Part shown: piece by piece, positions 33,801-46,941 of the stretch | How positions within the stretch are numbered: the stretch's first letter is position 1 | Layout of the letters: every line of letters begins with the position of its first letter | Source: Lingula anatina | Lineage: Eukaryota > Animalia > Brachiopoda | Length of the DNA stretch: 64,000 nucleotides | NCBI GenBank assembly: GCA_051362555.1 | Contig: CM120643.1 | Coordinates: forward strand, 682,001 to 746,000 | Reading direction: 5' to 3' | Notes under the pieces: generated by a model | The model's database searches: none | The model's input: only the letters and a program-made list of their open reading frames with translations | What the model was told of the DNA's origin: nothing | Program-made: the position numbers and the translations under genes

Positions 33801-35839
33801 CTTTACGATCAACACCTAGCAGAATGTGAGAAATCTTATCACTACTACTAGTAAGTCCCTTTTTTGACTGAGATCCTGGCTCTTTCGTCAAGCTTGACAG
33901 GGAACTTTCAACAAGCAATGTACCAGTAACCCAAGTCCATTTGAAATGTAACAATAGAAGTGCTATCATATGAAAATTAAATTTTACAGCCCACCCCCCA
34001 TATAACAAACTATTGATCCTTAAGTTGTAAATGATGTACATCACTCTTTTTAGGGCATTTTGGGCATACATTTTGTCTGCAATATTGAAAATTGTCATTT
34101 TACTAACCTATATAGTTGCTGCTGAAAAAAATTGCTGTCCCTTGTGTGTTGTGCATCAATTTCTGTTCAAGAAAACGGCAAAGCATTTGAGATTCACTCA
34201 ACCTTATTAAGCACAGGCATATATATATATATGCATGTATAAAATTACGACTCAACAGTGTGTTTTCATCCATGTTTACCTAAAATTCATTTTTGTTGGT
34301 GGCCATCTTGGATTTTTTTGATGATTGGAGCTTAGATAATTACTTTTTGGAAAAATTAGATTCTAAACAGTAAAAGGACACTGTAGTTTATCAAAATATA
34401 GTCTTTAATCATTTGCCCATCATTCAATTTGATGCTTTTCAACATGCAAATCAAAATAATGTATGTTTTGGATCCAGAAATTGACGGCCATTTTGGACTT
34501 TTCAACCCTAAACTATAAGCTTAAAACCATTTTGAATCATTCAGTTATATATTCCATTCCATAACTTGAACAATAAAGCTCAGAAATAGCCTTTTAAGTA
34601 AGGCTCACAACATGCATGGTATTGTCCATACGGGTAGCGTGCAGTTCATTTTTATCAATGGCAAACTTGGAATCATGATAAATGAAGAAAAATTAACCAC
34701 TTTTTGGCTGAATAAAGTTTCTAAGAAGCAAAATGAAATTTCAATACAGATAAATTTATCAAAAAATAAATGTTTTTAATTTACTTATTATTCAATTAAT
34801 GTTTTTTAACATGCAAATCAAAATAATGTACGTTTTGAATCCAGAAATTGGCGGCCATTTTGGATTTTTATACCCTGAACAAAATCTCAAAACAATTTAA
34901 ATTATTCAGTCATACATTTCATACCATGACCTGTGCAATAAATCCTCCATTAAGTAGTCAGAGATGTTTTATACTGAGAAAGGCTTGTTGACATATCAAA
35001 ACAAAAAGCCCATTTTATGTGGTGGCCATCTTGGATTAGAGCCATCTGTGTTCAAATGTACAATTTTGTGATAAATTAACTGGTAAAAATTAAAAATATA
35101 GACTTCAACTTATTCAAATACATCAAAACATGTAAAATATTCCTAATTTTTGGTTAATAAAAAAAATTTTCAAATTTAGGTATTTGTATTTTTTCACAAA
35201 AAGTAAGGAAAATGGCCGCCATCTTGGATTCAGTCGCCATCTTGAAAAATGTAAAGTGCCTGAAATATCAAAGAAGGCCAAAGTACTTGTGATCAGTGCA
35301 AATTTTGATAATATTAAGTTGTTAAGTAACTTTTAAATCAATTTTTGTATTTACAGTTGACACATGAATTTACTGGCGGCCATCTTGGATTTGGCCTGTT
35401 TCCGGTACAAACGGACACTTTTTCATGCCGGAAACAAGCAGAAATGAAAAATTCAGGTTCTAAACTACAAGAATCAATCATAAAACCTTTGCCTGACGGG
35501 GGGTGCAGCCAAATCCTTAAATAAGGCCTTTTTTCAATTTGGCTCATGGACTAAAGATATCTATAGCATAATGGTTTTGTTTACGGAAGTAAGAAGAAAC
35601 AGCGGCTGCGCAGATAAGAAATTATTCGGCTGTTCCATGTAGTGTTGCTTCTTATTTCCACAGAAAAGAATACCAATGTTTGACTTGAATATGATATAAA
35701 GTTGTAATAAAGTAAAATGTGAACTATTTCTGTTGCTTTAGAGATATGTTAAGATTCTCTAATGAGAAAATGAAGACACAAAACCTCCAACATGTAACCA
35801 AAATTAATCAGTTTTAGAGGGTGACAATAACATTCAAAC

Positions 35840-35973
35840 GGCTAGTCATGCGCAGTTCTCGAAGATTACCGTTCTGGACGCCATTATCGTTCCTCGAGAT
35901 AGAAGACGTGATTTCCTACAAAATTTCAACTTTTCCACCGCGAAATCCTGTTAAGCCTGAGTTTTAGGTGAGT
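35840..35973 (+). promoter_or_regulatory. Probable BANP promoter and non-coding first exon
   Basis: Locally CpG-rich segment ending in a strong donor AG|GTGAGT at 35967/35968; the next acceptor (37111) lies 2 nt before the ATG. Confidence 0.55.
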
Positions 35974-37113
35974 TCAGGTTGTCACGATCCTAAAATAGTC
36001 ACTAAAACGATGGAAAATTGCGAGATATCCATAAAACTGTCATCTGTATCAGCCGCATGTTTTGCGCTCCAAAGGAGGAGTTTCTAAACCAGAAGCAATT
36101 TGTTCCGACTCGACCTTATTTCTAATTCGTCTGCTAAAACCAAGTGACAGCGTGCTGCGAAGGTGTGTAACAATTTAAGACGTCACATGTATTTTATGTG
36201 TTAGGACTAGAGAAAGAAGTTTTTGTAGTTGCTGTATTTTGAAAAAAATGTCAATGTCAAATACACAAGTTAAATGATACACACAACTCGAGGAAGTTAA
36301 CGTTTACTGTTTGCCCCATTTACTGTTTTTTTTTTTTTTTTAGCATAAAGCCATCTTCTGCAAACTTTTCCAAATCGCGTTTTAGACTATGTGTAAAAAG
36401 TTGCAAGTAAAATGACAGCATGATATCAATTAAAATGTACTTTTATTTTTAAAATATTGAATATCAGCTGGATTATCAGTTCTCATTCATATCAGAATAA
36501 GATGTTCTACTAAATAATTTGTTGAGGTAATTAAGTATGGTTAAACAGTTTTATGACCTCCTTATATTCTACTTTTAAGGCTAATTTCATGACTACTTAT
36601 ATGTTCAGTTTATTTTATTTCTTTTTTATTTTATTTTATTTTATTTTTTTAGGAAGAAATCTTCACATTTATTCTTACATATTTTATACTGAGTATAGTG
36701 TTTGACTGAATTAATTTTATCTTGAATTTGCTTTTGGATTTGCTTCACATCCCACTTTCTCAGAATTATTTCTATTTCAGTCATAAGTCATTAAATAAAG
36801 TTCAACAATTTTTAAAAACCTTCAAGCTAGACTAAACTATCTTAACAGATATTGTCTACTTGTGACTCTGAATTGTGTGCTTTGGAATAAAATACAAACC
36901 CCATACAAACTAAATTAACCTATAATTCCCATTTGTGATAGAAAATAATCTGAAGCAACTGAAATATTTCCATCAGTTTCATTTAACTATTGAATGAAGA
37001 AAAAAATTTTTTTTTTTTCCTTGTCTGATACCAACTTGAACATCTGCTTTAGACCAGTGGCTAACTTTTTTTCTCTTTTATAATTAACATTGTTTTATTT
37101 ATTTATGTCAGCA

Positions 37114-40100
37114 ATGAGCCAGGAGCCAGGTGAGAATGGGTTAGCAGCTCAGCAGCTGGTGGAGGTGGTGTCTCAGTTAGCTCAGGGGATTGACAGGACA
37201 GGTGAGTAGATGTGAATTATTAAAAATTTGAGAAGATATGGAATATCCGGAAAGAGGAATATGTTACAGAACACATATGCAAGTGTGCCTCTAATGCTAT
37301 GAAGGCCATTTAGAGCATATCTTTAAAAAGACATAACTTTGAATGTTTTATGCAAAGTGACCAAGATAACTGAAACTTTTGGGAATGATCATGCACATAT
37401 TGAAATTTAAGTCCAGCAAATTTTTTAAAATTTGATGGACCTTTTAAAGATTTAGTAAATTTTTATTTTTTTATTTTTTTTTTTTTATTTTGGGGGGGGT
37501 GTCACCCAGTATTAACATTGAAAAGGTAAAACCATAACATTATAACAGTTAATAACCCATAGTTACTATAGGCAGGTGTGTGTGTGTGTGTGTGTGTGTG
37601 TGTCTATATATGTATATATATATAATGAGACGTACCTTTTTCTACTTCAGAGTCTGGCAGTGGAGAGCCAGCAACTAAGAGAGTGAGGACAGAAGACAGT
37701 GACTTGGATGCTGACCTCTCTGTCAAGGTGGGCTGGTCTGCTTTTACAAAGCGTTTCTGCAGCTAAGGCTCTCCAGTTTTTATTGCCTTCTTCTGCTGTG
37801 ATTTTGGGCAGTTTGTGTGTAGTAGAGATGGTACCTCAGTGTCTGTAGCACAGTTAGTGTAGTCGTATTTCACAATGACTCAAACCAATCTGTACTGCTC
37901 CACTATTGACTGTTTCTACCTCAGTGTCTGCAGCACAGTTAGTGTAGTTGTATTTCACAATGACTCAAACCAATCTGTACTGCTCCACTATTGACTGTTT
38001 CTACCTCAGTGTCTCTAGCACAGTTAGTGTAGTCGTATTTCACAATGACTCAAACCAATCTGTACTGCTCCACTATTGACTGTTTCTACCTCAGTGTCTG
38101 TAGCACAATTAGTGTAGTCATATTTCACAATGACACAAACAAATCTGTACTGCTCCACTATTGACTGTTTCTACCTCAGTGTCTGTAGCACAATTAGTGT
38201 AGTCGTATTTCACAATGACTCAAACCAATCTGTACTGCTCCACTATTGACTGTTTCCCACTTTTTACTGACCTTATTGTTCCCATCAAACCTTATCCTGT
38301 TAACTGGCTGTGTTATGTTCTGGGTAGGGGTGGGGAGGTTACTAGTATTAAGATAACTCCTAAATTTAATAGCCATGCTATGAAGTTGTCAATCTCTTAA
38401 AATGGAGAGGTACAGAAAACTGAATAGGTTCCCAAAACATAGTTCCTACACAGAACAGTATAGATATTCCAATTTTTCCATCACTTTATCACATTTTTTA
38501 ATGACCGCTCTTCTGAACATTTCAGCAAATCTTGTTTAACATCAACAAGGCGATCTGCCTGCGCCTGGATGCCATCGAGAACAAAATGCTGGGGATGGAT
38601 AAGAGAACAAAATTACTGGAAGACAAAGTAGACAAGTTGCTGACAACTCCATCTAATCCTCTGGCTTCAAGCACCCCTGGTAAAAAGTAAGTCTTAGACC
38701 TTTTTTATCAGGAGGATAATTCTTAAGAATGAGTTCTGTTGTCAACAAAACAAGATGTGGATCTGGAATTTTGTCCGGGAATGTAGTTAAATTCTATTCA
38801 CCTCTAAACTGTTAAGACATCATATTTTATCTTCAACTTGGTTTTCAAATTTCAAAAGTAAAGGACTTTGAAATTCTTCTTTTTGAATTCTATATGTGCT
38901 GTAACTACAGCTTGGCTAAACATAAGGTTCATTTACAATACTTGGAGATAATTGAGAACACTTCTACGCTATTTTCATTCTGTTTTCTTGCCCATGTATT
39001 TATGTCTTCTTTCCTCAGTAAATCTGGTGCAGTCATAGTGGGATTACCCCAGGAGAACCGGCCGTCCTCCGATGATGATAACTCTAACTGTGGTCAGGGA
39101 GTGGCAGGACTGGGCCCCAATGTTACCCTGATCACCCTGAACACAGAGGAAGACTACCCTGACGGCACCTGGCTGGGAGATGAGAGTAACCCGGAGATGA
39201 GGGTCAGGGTCCCTGTGACCCCCAGGTAACTCACGAATTAGACTTTGAAAACAGGCCATTAAGGCCCCATTCAGAATAGGGAACTAACTAGTCCGAGGGT
39301 CAAATATGGCCGACCCACTTGAATACTTCCCCATGGGGAATCTATTCAGTGTCTGTTAGTGGATAAGACGACAAGTTTTGAAGTGGGTCGCCATATTTGG
39401 CCCTGGGACTAGTTAGTCCCCTATTCTGAATGGGGCCTTAGTGTGCTCTGGCTGGAACATGCATAACTAAATAAAGTGTAGCCCTTTTACATTATGAAGA
39501 GCATAAAAGTTTGGGTGTAACTTTAGTCTTATATTTTCTTTTATGACTATCTTTTCTGTATTTTTTGTTATTGTTTTATTCTAGAATCATTTCATTGTTA
39601 TTATAGTTGACTGAAATTATTTTAGTGTCAGGTGTGACTGTTTTCCTCATCTTTTTCCAGCGATCTGTTACATGTCCATTCCAACTGTCGCACTGCGGAG
39701 AAGATGGCACTGACTCTGCTGGACTATTTGTTTGACCGCGAGACCCAGGCCTCATCTAACTTGTCTGGTATGGGGAAACACGGGAAGAAACAGCTGGATC
39801 CACTGATGATATATGGGATTAGATGTGAGCATAGTGCCTTGTCTTGTTGATATGACTTTAGAGTTGTGATTTTTTCCTCAAGCTGCTCCAATATGAAATG
39901 ATAAAAACTGGTATTATTAGCACAAATTTGATGTTTAGAAATGATTGTTCTTTAGTTTTCAACATTGAATAACATGATCATCCTATCATCTCTCACAGGT
40001 GAAAGTAATGGTCGTTTAAATAAAGCTTTACACCTAAGGGAAATATAATGTTTAACATATTGATGTTGCATACTGGCAAGGGTTTTCCCAGTGAACTGTC

Positions 40101-42561
40101 AAACAGCAATTGGACGGCTGCCAGCAACACCAGACGGCCTATATTTTCAAAGGCGGCTGGATTTTTTTTTGGAAATATGACAGCTTTAGGCATACTTGGA
40201 CTCCCTGAAATTGTGTAGAAATTTATAGGTGGTAAATTTGGACGGGCTGTACCCACAATCCTGGGTGTTTATTGTCTGTTTTTATTATGTTTATGTATGT
40301 TTATTGTAATGTCCCATGTCTGTTTAATGTAATGTATATAATATGATTATACCTATGTCAGTTCACTATACTATGTGGTTTTATGTCTGTAATGTTTATA
40401 ATATATTTATGATATATGTTATACTGTCCATTTATTATAATGTCTATATATGATATATAAACTGTCCATGTATCATAATGTCTATTTCAGGTCACCTCAT
40501 CCACAGATTTGGTATCACAGAACAAGACTGGCATCGCATTAAACTGAACATTGACTCCAAGTGTCGCACTGCCTTCAGAAGAAAACAGAAAGGAATGCCG
40601 CTCACTGTCAAGGCCTTCCATGGCAAGTCCCCCACACAGCTTGGCATGACCCTACGAGGCATGTCTGGCATCAACTCTGACGGGGAAGACTCCATGCAGG
40701 AGTCAGCCCTGACAATACATCAGGTAATAGCATAGCAATAATTTGTTTATCAGACTTTTTGTATACAGTTTTTATTTATTGGAAAACCTTTTTGCTTCTG
40801 GGCAATTTTTCCACCTCAAGCATTCTGTGCCCCCCCTCCCCGCCCCCCCCCCTTTACTTTCTCTTGCAGTCCGAGGGTTTAGATGAATCCTGTGTTAATG
40901 ACTTTACTTTGTCTTGCAGCCGGAGGGTTTAGATGGACCCTGTGTTAATGACTTTACTTTATCTTGCAGCCAGAGAGTTTAGACGGACCCTGTGTTAATG
41001 ACTTTACTTTGTCTTGCAGTCAGAGGGTTTAGATGAACCCTGTGTTAATGACTTTACTTTATCTTGCAGTCCGAGGGTTTAGATGAACCCTGTGTTAATG
41101 TCTTTACTTTCTCTTGCAGCCGGAGGGTTTAGACGCGGCCCACTCCATGGCGACCTTACACAGTCAGCTGGGGATCACACAGCACGGTGAGGTCCAGATC
41201 CTCCACGCCACACCAGAACAGATCGAGCAGCTTAGGGAGGCCCATCATATACAAGTGTTGAATGGAGATCAGGTGTTACAGGTAAGATTATATACAGGTG
41301 TTGAATGGAGATCAGGTGTTACAGGTAAGATTATATACAGGTGTTGAATGGAGATCAGGTGTTACAGGTAAGATTATATACAGGTGTTGAATGGAGATCA
41401 GGTGTTACAGGTAAGATTATATACAGGTGTTGAATGGAGATCAGGTGTTACAGGTAAGATTATATACAGGTGTTGAATGGAGATCAGGTGTTACAGGTAA
41501 GATTATATACAGGTGTTGAATGGAGATCAGGTGTTACAGGTAAGATTATATACAGGTGTTGAATGGAGATCAGGTGTTACAGGTAAGATTATATACAGGT
41601 GTTGAATGGAGATCAGGTGTTACAGGTAAGATTATATACAGGTGTTGAATGAAGGTCAAGAGTTACAGGTGAGAAGGGGTTTCTCGTAGTACAAATGTTA
41701 GAGATAGAGAGGGAGGTTCTGTCTCACTTGTGAGAAAAATTATCCCATCTTCACAGTGACTTAAGAACACGCTCATGTGGGACTCCAAATGATTCCCAAA
41801 TGTTTTAATCCTAGTGAAAACTATGCTACAACAGTCCATGAGGTTGTATGTTTAAGAGGAAAAAGGTTATTTTGATGATACTTCTTATAAAATGTATAAG
41901 GAAAAAAATTAAATAAAGTTGTGATTGTTTTGTGACCTGCCCGTCACTGATTTCTGTTTTTCTAAAACCCCACATTTTCTCCACATTTCCAGTTAAAGCA
42001 TGGAGATCTTCAGGGCGTAGATGTGGCGGTGTCGTTAGCTGGCACGCAGACAGTGCAGATGGTGACTACAGAGAGTGGCGAGGTGTTACAAATCACCCAG
42101 GCCGCGGACCACGTGGGACAGGACGACACCTCGTTTCAGGACCAGTTACAACAACAGCAGCAGCAGGACCAAGATGACCTTCAGGAAGACATCAACCCAG
42201 CGGGAATACGGGTGGAAATGCAGGTAAGGCTAGGCACTACAATTGGTCTCGTGGTACTCTATTTTGTAGTTCACTAATTGACTAGCTTTTCACAAATTGA
42301 TTTATAAATTGGTGGAAGATGACTGAGCATTTGAACAAAGATGTGGAAACACTTGTAGGTGACATACACTGTCATAATTGTAGAAAATACTGAGATATAA
42401 AAAATTCTGTAAGAGAAGTTTTATCATCAGTTATGTAAATTAGAAAGTCAATTACTTTAAATACATCATTTTTTTCTTTACCCTAGCAGTCAGGTGAGGA
42501 CGAGAATGAGTCGGAACAACAGGAGGAGGTGACGATAGAGGTTCATCAGGCCTCTGCGTAA
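37114..42561 (+). CDS. BANP: BANP/SMAR1 BEN-domain transcription factor, ~465 aa
   Basis: Exons 37114-37201, 37651-37727, 38526-38686, 39019-39225, 39661-39824, 40491-40723, 41120-41281, 41993-42223, 42487-42561. NVTLITLNTEEDYPDGTWLGDESNPEMRVR, NCRTAEKMALTLLDYLF, NLSGMGKHGKKQLDPLMIYGIRCHL and IDSKCRTAFRRKQ are near-identical to vertebrate BANP as I recall it. Confidence 0.95.
37832..38256. repeat. 85-bp x5 intronic minisatellite in BANP
   Basis: Units start at 37832, 37917, 38002, 38087 and 38172; mid-intron, not on a splice site. Confidence 0.93.
39263..39437. mobile_element. Hairpin MITE, probably PIF/Harbinger-like
   Basis: ~60-bp TIRs ggccccattcagaataggg... / ...ccctattctgaatggggcc, flanked by taa/tta; 37 nt downstream of a BANP donor. 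Confidence 0.85.
40852..41134 (+). repeat. 50-bp tandem repeat giving six copies of the acceptor of BANP exon 41120-41281
   Basis: ctttactttntcttgcAG ends at 40869, 40919, 40969, 41019, 41069 and 41119; each is followed by ~14 nt of exon-start sequence. Confidence 0.95.
41247..41673 (+). repeat. 43-bp x~10 tandem repeat of the end and donor of the same BANP exon
   Basis: Unit caggtgttgaatggagatcaggtgttacag|GTAAGattatata; GTAAG at 41282 and every 43 nt to 41626, plus a degenerate copy with GTGAG at 41669. Confidence 0.95.
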
Positions 42562-42936
42562 TACAGTGGACGGTGTATGAACTTCTTCTGGAGATGTGGC
42601 TGAGTGAACAAGACAGCCAGTGAGTTTGGTGGACAATCTGCGTGTAGATATTTCAGTTTGTGTATATATAGGATGCAGCACACGGCAAGAGGACTTATTA
42701 TTGATCAACTGATTAATGACTTATGTCAGTGTACAAAGAAAATCTAGAACTTGAGGTGTTTTAACATTGTACAGTGCCGAGAATACACCTCACAAATCTC
42801 TGAAGGAGACTGGTATATCTTCATGTGAAATATGGACGTAATATTAAGTTTTCTTCACTGCATTGAATTCACAAAAGATAGTGAGTGCCATGACATTGCC
42901 ATAGCTTTTGAAAGATATTTGGGGAAAATAGCAAAT

Positions 42937-43176
42937 CCCCTGCGAAAATTTGTCTCATTTAACGCATGCTTATGGTTCTCAATCTGTCCTAAAACATAAT
43001 TTTTTTTCTCTTTTAGTGAAAACTGTTCTAAATCTGTTTTAGGACATTCCAAAAACAGTTCTCAAACTGTTACATTATTACAGAACAACAAAAGAACTGT
43101 AAGAAAATACACCAAATGCTTTAGAGTATAGTGAGAACTGTAAGTGAACATTAAATGAGATAAATTTTGGCAGGGG
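42937..43176. mobile_element. CMC/EnSpm-like MITE downstream of the BANP stop (probable 3'UTR)
   Basis: TIRs cccctgcgaaaatttgtctcatttaa / ttaaatgagataaattttggcagggg; AT on both flanks. Confidence 0.82.
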
Positions 43177-45899
43177 ATGTTTTGACTGTATCTCACAATC
43201 CACTCCACTTTACCACAACGGGATTCAGTTAATGAGATGCATTTAATTGCAAATGAGACATATTACAGGTCTTGGAGTTAATGATAGACAGGTTGTTAGT
43301 GAATGAATACGTGAACTGTTGTAGACGTGATGTGTTGGAACATTGTACAGTTAAACTGTAAGAATTTAATAAGCTGGGTTATTATGTGTCTGAAAATTAA
43401 TAATTATCTTTCCATACTTTACAGGAACATAGTTCTCTTTTTATACCATGCATCTGTATAAATAGCATTGTAAATACACTGAATGAAGAAAAAGTAAAAG
43501 AAATACTTTTAACTCTCAGGGATTTGTTATAATTTTCTCAAAATGTTTTGGTTTTGCTTATTGAAAAGCAATCGAGGCATGTTTTTTTCTTTCTTTCTTT
43601 TTTTTTTTTTTAAATTTTTGCCAGCGCGCAGCTAAAGTTAAACTGCAGCTGAAACTGGTGGACTTGAAACAAGCCTTGTTTTACAAAAGTCTTCTTATAG
43701 ATCTGTGCACTCTGAGATGTTCATATACATGTCAGAGTTGCATTTTTTTTCCTTTTAACAAATTGTTTTCCATTAAATGAAGTTGTCATTCAGTGTTGCA
43801 CCGCTCCTTATCAAATCCCAGTACAAAAACTTAACATGTATCAGAAAATCTGTGCTCTTTAAAATCCTGCAGTTTTCTTTTTTTCTTTTTTTTTTTTCCG
43901 AAACCACACTGTTGGTATGTTGGGGTGAAAATGGCACCAGGCACAACTGTGATAGTGGAGATCACCAGCCAATGTTGGAGAGTGGCAAAATTAAAAACGG
44001 CTTTTTGGTGTCTTGGACTTGTATTTAAATCTAAGGCCATCAGGGCAAACAACAATGTTGTGAAGGGTAATCCTTAAGTTAGTTTTTTGTTCTTCTCCGC
44101 TAAGATAATGCAAAAAAAAAAAAAAAAAAATGAGGCAAGGCTGTCGCATCAAAAATACATACATAATTGGGTGACTCGAGGTAATGAATACTTGGGTTGG
44201 ATTTGATGACTCGAGGTAATGACGTAACATCAACTGTAATATTGGTTTTAAACAGATCTTCCTCTTCTTTACAGCCATCAACACCGTATAGTTATCACTA
44301 TAATAATTGCAAAAATGTGATCCCAGGACATTTTCTTGAAAGGCTTACTTCCGATTTTATCAATAGATACGAAATGATGCTAAATTATGTTATGTATCTG
44401 CTTCATGTCTGAGCATTTAACAGATTTGCTGCCTTGTTTTTCCTTTTCTGTCCTGGTGCAGCACAGTGTGGAGATCCATAACCGTTACGTTAATACTTGT
44501 ATATGAAAGGTAATGACCAGGCGGGAATCGTCATAGTGGCTCATTAAATCTTAATGCAGGGTCACCTTTTTGTAAAAAAAAAAAAAAAAAATCTGAAGAA
44601 AAAAAAAATTAATCAATTTTTCTTGATATTTCAGTATGAATGATATACAAAATGGGCAGATAAAGAAATTTTAACAGAGTATGTTGTATGCATGCCAATG
44701 GAATGGATTTTAATTCAAATTTAAATATCTAAGTAGTCAGGTTTTATTCTAGTTTTAATTAGTTTGATATTTGTGCGGTCTAATTGTAATTATATAGAAG
44801 CATTTAAAATTAAATTTGAATATTTCTTATTTTGAACACATCCCTTTACGCTAATGGGTCCACGTGTACGGGCACGTGTTCAGATGCAGGTGAAATAGCA
44901 CCGATGTGATATTAACTCATACGGCAGAAATGCACTGGATGCTAGTTACCGCAATTTGTTTTGTAACGCAAATAATGGGAGTAAAAATAAATGAAAAAAG
45001 TTAAGAAATGAAAAAAAAAAAAAAAAAGATTTAAGAGTAATTGTAATTCAAAGCTGCTTGGTCCCGGGTCCATCTAAACAAGTTGTCCCAGCAATGGATT
45101 ATTGCAAAATCATGTTGGCAAATAAAAAATGGAAATTTACGCAAATGTAAGAAAACTTCTGAAATGATACCCCAAAATCGTAATTAAAAAAAAACGAGAA
45201 CGTGCAAATGACATAACAACGTTTAATCAAAAGTAAACAAAACAAATTTGAACAATAATGAATCTAACTATAATCATATTCATATATGCTCATTGGTTTC
45301 AGAAAGAAATAAAACATGTTCTTGGTTTCTACATCGTTGAAACAAAAACTTAAAAGAATATATAATTATGATCGGTACATTTAAATCCAGAGAGAGATAC
45401 TCAGGCAAACAACAGGTAGCCAATATAACAGGTAGCCAATGACACCTGGCTTAAAAAGCCACTCTACGTAATTTTCCTGCCAAAATGAATTTCTTGAGGT
45501 TCTCTCCAAGCTTTGAAATCCCCCACAGTCGTATTCATGGACTGCAATGCTTCTTATATTTCCCAATTCAGACTCAAAAGACAATAAAACACTTAAAACC
45601 CTAAAAATTTTTCTGAAGTATACCTTGTGTTATTATTATTATCTGAGTCTCCTTTAGAAGCCATTGCCAGTTTGCAACGTCTGTGTTATACACGGCACAT
45701 GGCCGCCATACAACCCCCCTCCCCCCCCCCCCCCCCCCCCCCCCCCCCATTTTCTTGTGTAAAACCGAGTCACGATGTTACTTTGACTGAAACTAAATTA
45801 TCAAATTTAAAAAGGAATAAAACCTCAAATGTAAGTGCAGGGACAGGTTAGCAGTAAATTCTATGCAGGAAAAAATTGTTCTTTATACCAGGAAAATTC

Positions 45900-46166
45900 A
45901 TTTTGGAAGGAAAAAATCCCGTTTGGTAAGCCTTTAATTATCTCTACTCTCTGATACATGCCTATCTAGATGTTACTTAACTCGGCTTAACTCCGTGCAA
46001 TTTTGTAAGAGCTACCGTTGATTTGCCTCTCAGAAAAATTAATTTTGGAAGGAAAATCCCATATGGTGGACCTTTAATTATCTCTTCTCTCTGATACATG
46101 CCTATCTAGATGTTACTTAACTCGGCTTAAATCCGTGCAATTTTGTAACAGCTACCGTTGATTTGC
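45900..46166. repeat. ~140-bp-period direct duplication (two copies)
   Basis: ttttggaaggaaaa...gctaccgttgatttgc at ~45900 and ~46042. Confidence 0.88.
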
Positions 46167-46903
46167 GTCAGCTGAGAGCAGCTTATCTCGGTTACAATAT
46201 CCGTATCATAATTAAACTGTCTACCTGCTGCTAATAATCTTGCTTGAATAAACCATCACAAACTAACTAAAACTAACTTAAGACTCTTGGCGCTGCCCAA
46301 TGTCCGAAAATATTGATAGAAAAATCGCACAGTTTTTGATTGACAAATCTCTATAGACAATTACAGGCTCTCTTTTGTGCTCTTTCTATATTGACATACA
46401 CTGGCCCAGCCCTCTACCAAGGTCACATAGGGTTTTTTTCAATGACTTTTCACTTATATTTTTCCTATTATTCACCAGCTGTGCACGTTTCTTCTGTGCC
46501 AGATGAAGGTTTTTGCACAACAACTGAACAGGCCCCAGTTTCACATATCAACTTAAGTCAGTTCCCTGTCTAAGTTGACTAGGATTTCCATGAGAGGACT
46601 GTAACACTGTTTCTGATAGGGTAAGATGTGGGCATGTGACCATGTAACGTTGGTAATTAAAAGTATTTAACCAGGGAACCTGACCGAAGTTTTTTTTATG
46701 TGAAACCAGGTCTCTGCCGTGGCCTCTGGTCAACAGAATTAAAAGGTGAAGAGTAAAATGAACATAGGTATCTTTGCCTGAATACAAAACGAATGCAATA
46801 AATAAATAATGATAATTAAATGAATACCTAATACCTAAAAAATAAATACCTAAATAATATCTAAAACTATCTTAACCTTCGTAACATATTACTATAAGTA
46901 TGG

Positions 46904-46941
<38 letters not shown>

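Larger units (their letters stand above)
29913..35553. mobile_element. 5.64-kb non-autonomous DNA transposon with ~1.1-kb TIRs; Academ-like
   Basis: Termini TAGTCCATGAGCCAAA / TTTGGCTCATGGACTA; 3-bp TSD AAG at 29910-29912 and 35554-35556; inverted arms ~29913-31035 and ~34420-35553 are near-identical, and the ORF track shows mirror-image peptides. TAG..CTA ends with a 3-bp TSD fit the Academ superfamily. No transposase ORF seen. Confidence 0.85.

Noticed and set aside
29882-35547. Identical short ORFs at 29919-30119 (+) and 35338-35547 (-) as a duplicated gene or transposase
   Set aside because: They are mirror translations of the terminal inverted repeats and have no recognisable domain.
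35850-36030. BANP autoregulatory TCTCGCGAGA motif in its own promoter
   Set aside because: Only partial matches are present (tctcgaaga, cctcgaga, ttgcgaga); the full palindrome is absent.
37832-38256. 85-bp array as another splice-site-anchored repeat
   Set aside because: It lies ~100 nt from the donor and ~270 nt from the acceptor and contains no BANP exon sequence, so it counts as a counter-example.
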